NCBI GenBank assembly: GCA_963767925.1
Contig: CAVYGB010000008.1
Coordinates: forward strand, 2,688,001-2,752,000
Length of the DNA stretch: 64,000 nucleotides
Direction: 5' to 3'
Source of the DNA: an uncultured delta proteobacterium
GTDB taxonomy: Bacteria > Myxococcota_A > Polyangia > Fen-1088
This document shows, one piece after another, positions 61,460-64,000 of the stretch (position 1 is the stretch's first letter; every line of letters starts with the position of its first letter). The position numbers and the translations under genes were made by a program. The notes under the pieces are model-generated. The model was not told where the DNA came from. It saw nothing but the letters and a program-made list of their open reading frames with translations, and ran no database searches.

Positions 61460-61996
61460 TCAGGGTGTTGGTTTGCTGGAGAAGAGGCGGAAGAGGTATT
61501 CGCCGGCGAGGCCCAGGAGGGGGGGGACGATCAGGGCGGGGAGGAGGCGGGCGGCGGTGAGGGGCCAGCCGAGGAGGGGGGCCTCGTAGGTGAGCGCGCG
61601 GACGGGGCTTAGGAGGGTTTTTGCCGTCACGAGGGCGATCAGGGCGCCGGGGCTGGCGCCCTTGGCGTGGAGGCCGGCGACGAGGGGGAAGAGGAGGTAG
61701 GGGCCGCCTGGGAGCAGGAGGCCGATGGCCCAGCCGGCGAGGAGGCCGCGACCGGGGGCGTCTCCGCCCAGCCAGCGGGTGAGGGTGGCGGCGGGGAAGA
61801 GGACGTCGACCATGCCGGCCAGGAGGAAGCCCAGGGCGATCTCCAGCCAGACCGAGCCGAGCAGGCGGCCCGAGGCGCGCAGGCCCTGCAGCGGGAGGGC
61901 TGGGTCCCGGTAGAAGGCGACGCCGGTGGCGGCGAGGAGGACGGCCAGCAGGATCAGGAGATTGGCGTTCACGCGGCGGCCTCGGACCGGTTTCAT
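61460..61996 (-). CDS. predicted permease (DUF318-like small membrane protein)
   Basis: Hydrophobic helices; GFLLAG, WLG and GLLLPGGPYLLFPLVAGL motifs. The start may be the GTG at 61972. Confidence 0.78.
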   Translation of the reverse strand: MKPVRGRRVNANLLILLAVLLAATGVAFYRDPALPLQGLRASGRLLGSVWLEIALGFLLAGMVDVLFPAATLTRWLGGDAPGRGLLAGWAIGLLLPGGPYLLFPLVAGLHAKGASPGALIALVTAKTLLSPVRALTYEAPLLGWPLTAARLLPALIVPPLLGLAGEYLFRLFSSKPTP

Positions 61997-62014
61997 CGTC
62001 TGGCCCGGGAGCCC

Positions 62015-63472
62015 TCAGGGAATGACCCGGGTGGCGCAGCCAAACAGGAGGTCGAGGCGGGTGGCCGCGTCGGCCTTGAAGCGGGTGCAGCTCGCCGGGC
62101 AGATGATCACCTGGCTGGGCGCGCCGCCCGCGGGATCCACGTCGTAATACCAGCCGCCCGTTACCGGGTCGCAGCGGTCGGCGCGCTCGACGTAGAGGAT
62201 GTCCTGGGCCCCGGCGCTTCCGCTGGCCCGCACGTTGACCTTGCCGAAGTCGACGGCGCCGGTCTGGGGCGGGATGGTGAACGCGCAGGGCAAGGCGGCG
62301 CCCCGGATCTGGTTGAGCGTATCGAGGAACCGCCGGGTCAGATCTTCGGTGGGGGTCAACACGATGGCGCTCCCGGTCCCGCCGGCCATGGCCCAGCGGT
62401 TGACCGCGTCGGTGCCGTTGATCTGGTTCGGGGCGAAGATGGCGATGACGTGGGTCGAGATGGCGGGCGTGGCGGCGGCCGCCGCGGCGATCACGCTCGA
62501 GACCATGCCGACCGTGCCCCCGCTGCACCCGAGCGGCAGACCGTCGGTGAAGAGCACCAGGGCGGCGCGCCGCCCCGGGTTGGCGGCCAGGTGCTGGCGC
62601 AGGTGGTTCAGGGTTCCCTCGACCGCCGGCACGGTCGGGGTGTGGCCGATCGGCTCCTTGCCGAGGATGGTGCCGGTGACCGACGCGGCCACGCCGGGCA
62701 GCTCGGCGATCGGCACCGTCAGCCTCTCGTAGTCCGCGCGCGTGCAGCTCCCGGTGCCGATGTTCTTGCAGTACAGGGGGCGGGCGCCGCACAGGCCCCC
62801 GCCGCCGGGGCAGGCCTGCCCGAGCTGGTAGCAGGGGGCCCCGTTGCCCGCGCAGCGCCCCAGGGTGGTGCAGGTCCCGCCGAACGGGCAGACCGGGTCG
62901 TCCGGGTCGCAGGTGCGGTTCTGGTGCACCGGCTGGCCGCTGGCCGTGCAGACGCTCTTGGCCACGCAGTACCCGTCCCCGGTGACCCCGGGCATCGCGC
63001 AGGCGTCGCCGCTGGTGCAAATCAGGTCGTCGCCGGCGAGGGGAAAGAACTGCAGCCCGATGCCCAGCCCGGCCGAGCGGGGATCCTCGAGGAACAACCG
63101 CAGCGCGTTCTGGGTGAGCAGCCACTTGGTCTGGGCGCCTGCCAGCTCGTACATCGAGCCCGATGTGTCGACGAGCAGGACCAAATCGAGCGGTACCTGC
63201 CTGGCCTCGTGGGTCTCGCTGGCGCAGGCCATGGTCGGCGTGAGCGCGCCCGGCGGCCCGCCGTCGGCGGGTGGCCCGGCGTCGGGCAGGGTGAAGCCGG
63301 GATCGGCCGGCGTGGGCGCCCCGCCCGGACCCGGGCCCGCCCCCGCCGCTCCGCCCGGGCCGGCCTGGGCGCCGATGACCATCGGCTTGCCGCAGGCGGC
63401 GCCGGCACAGAAAAGGACGAGCGCCACCACGCTGGCGCGGACCCGGTCATCGCGAGAACGAGGGCTGGCCAT
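62015..63472 (-). CDS. von Willebrand factor A domain lipoprotein with Cys-rich inserts
   Basis: Lipobox GAAC; MIDAS motifs VDTSGSM, HTPT and FTDGLP; Cys-rich repeats; GWYYD...CPASC C-terminus. Confidence 0.88.
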   Translation of the reverse strand: MASPRSRDDRVRASVVALVLFCAGAACGKPMVIGAQAGPGGAAGAGPGPGGAPTPADPGFTLPDAGPPADGGPPGALTPTMACASETHEARQVPLDLVLLVDTSGSMYELAGAQTKWLLTQNALRLFLEDPRSAGLGIGLQFFPLAGDDLICTSGDACAMPGVTGDGYCVAKSVCTASGQPVHQNRTCDPDDPVCPFGGTCTTLGRCAGNGAPCYQLGQACPGGGGLCGARPLYCKNIGTGSCTRADYERLTVPIAELPGVAASVTGTILGKEPIGHTPTVPAVEGTLNHLRQHLAANPGRRAALVLFTDGLPLGCSGGTVGMVSSVIAAAAAATPAISTHVIAIFAPNQINGTDAVNRWAMAGGTGSAIVLTPTEDLTRRFLDTLNQIRGAALPCAFTIPPQTGAVDFGKVNVRASGSAGAQDILYVERADRCDPVTGGWYYDVDPAGGAPSQVIICPASCTRFKADAATRLDLLFGCATRVIP

Positions 63473-63628
63473 GGACGGCCGGTAGTCTAGAGCACCCCTC
63501 CGGCAGGGGGGTCAAGGATTCCGCCGGCGACCGCAGTTCCCGCGCCGCGTCCGCCGCCACCAGAGTAAGCCGAATACCAGAGACCTCCGCCGGCGCGAGC
63601 GGGGCCGCCCGCGCCCAGCCGCTCGCGC

Positions 63629-64000
63629 TCAGGTGAGCCGCAAGCCGACGTCGAACGTGGTGGCGTAGCCGGAGGCCTCCGGCTGCAGCTCCGCGGTGAG
63701 CTCACCGCCTCGCCCGGTCCGGAAGATGGCGTCGCTGGCGTTGAGAGACCGGCCCGGCTTGCCCGAGTAGGGCGCCTGGCGGAAGACCACCTCGTTGATC
63801 GGCTCGGGAAAATAGAGCTGCGAGGTGAAGTCGAAGCTGGCCGAGAGCGCGGTGCGGATCTTGAAATGGATGTGCGCGGGCCGCCCGGCGTACCAGCCGG
63901 GATAGATGGTGAGAAACTCGGTGCGGCCGGCGTCGTCGCTGCGCTGGAACCCCCGCAGGAACCGCTTGCCCTGGGTGTCGAACGCGCCGGTGGGATCGGC
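63629..64000 (-). CDS. intradiol ring-cleavage dioxygenase-like protein, C-terminal part (5' end outside window)
   Basis: Translated by hand as FLRGFQRSDDAGRTEFLTIYPGWYAGRPAHIHFKIR...TSQLYF...FDVGLRLT*. Confidence 0.88.
   Translation of the reverse strand, partial: ADPTGAFDTQGKRFLRGFQRSDDAGRTEFLTIYPGWYAGRPAHIHFKIRTALSASFDFTSQLYFPEPINEVVFRQAPYSGKPGRSLNASDAIFRTGRGGELTAELQPEASGYATTFDVGLRLT

Overview
High-GC bacterial DNA, almost certainly Myxococcota: it carries mglBA next to dnaX-ybaB-recR, an elb-type ether-lipid cluster, an Oar-like TonB-dependent receptor (TBDR), Gly-rich lipoproteins, a Ser/Thr kinase and a MYXO-CTERM-like tail. 1-19 kb holds ettA, tal, a lipid kinase, the elbBCDE-like operon, a stand-alone EF-G, an orphan dam and pduO. 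Many of these carry single-base frameshifts that look like long-read errors. 20-39 kb is clean core DNA: mglBA, recR, ybaB, dnaX, clpB-dnaJ-lon, a kinase, gph, an isobutyryl-CoA-mutase-type enzyme, rlmD and a porin. 39-64 kb is accessory: a complete pqqABCDE operon with an unusually long 50-aa PqqA missing from the ORF track, an ECF sigma/FecR pair, a di-heme PQQ dehydrogenase, tdh-kbl, an acyl-CoA dehydrogenase, the TBDR and lipoproteins. The strongest unannotated signal is four copies of an ECF-type promoter (GGAAC-N16/17-CGTGTA or CGTAAA), which suggest a local regulon. There are also three apparent deletion scars, one fusing the start of a second ECF sigma to a four-helix-bundle gene flanked by long inverted repeats. 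I recognised no rRNA, tRNA, CRISPR array or transposase. All calls come from reading motifs by eye; no searches were run.
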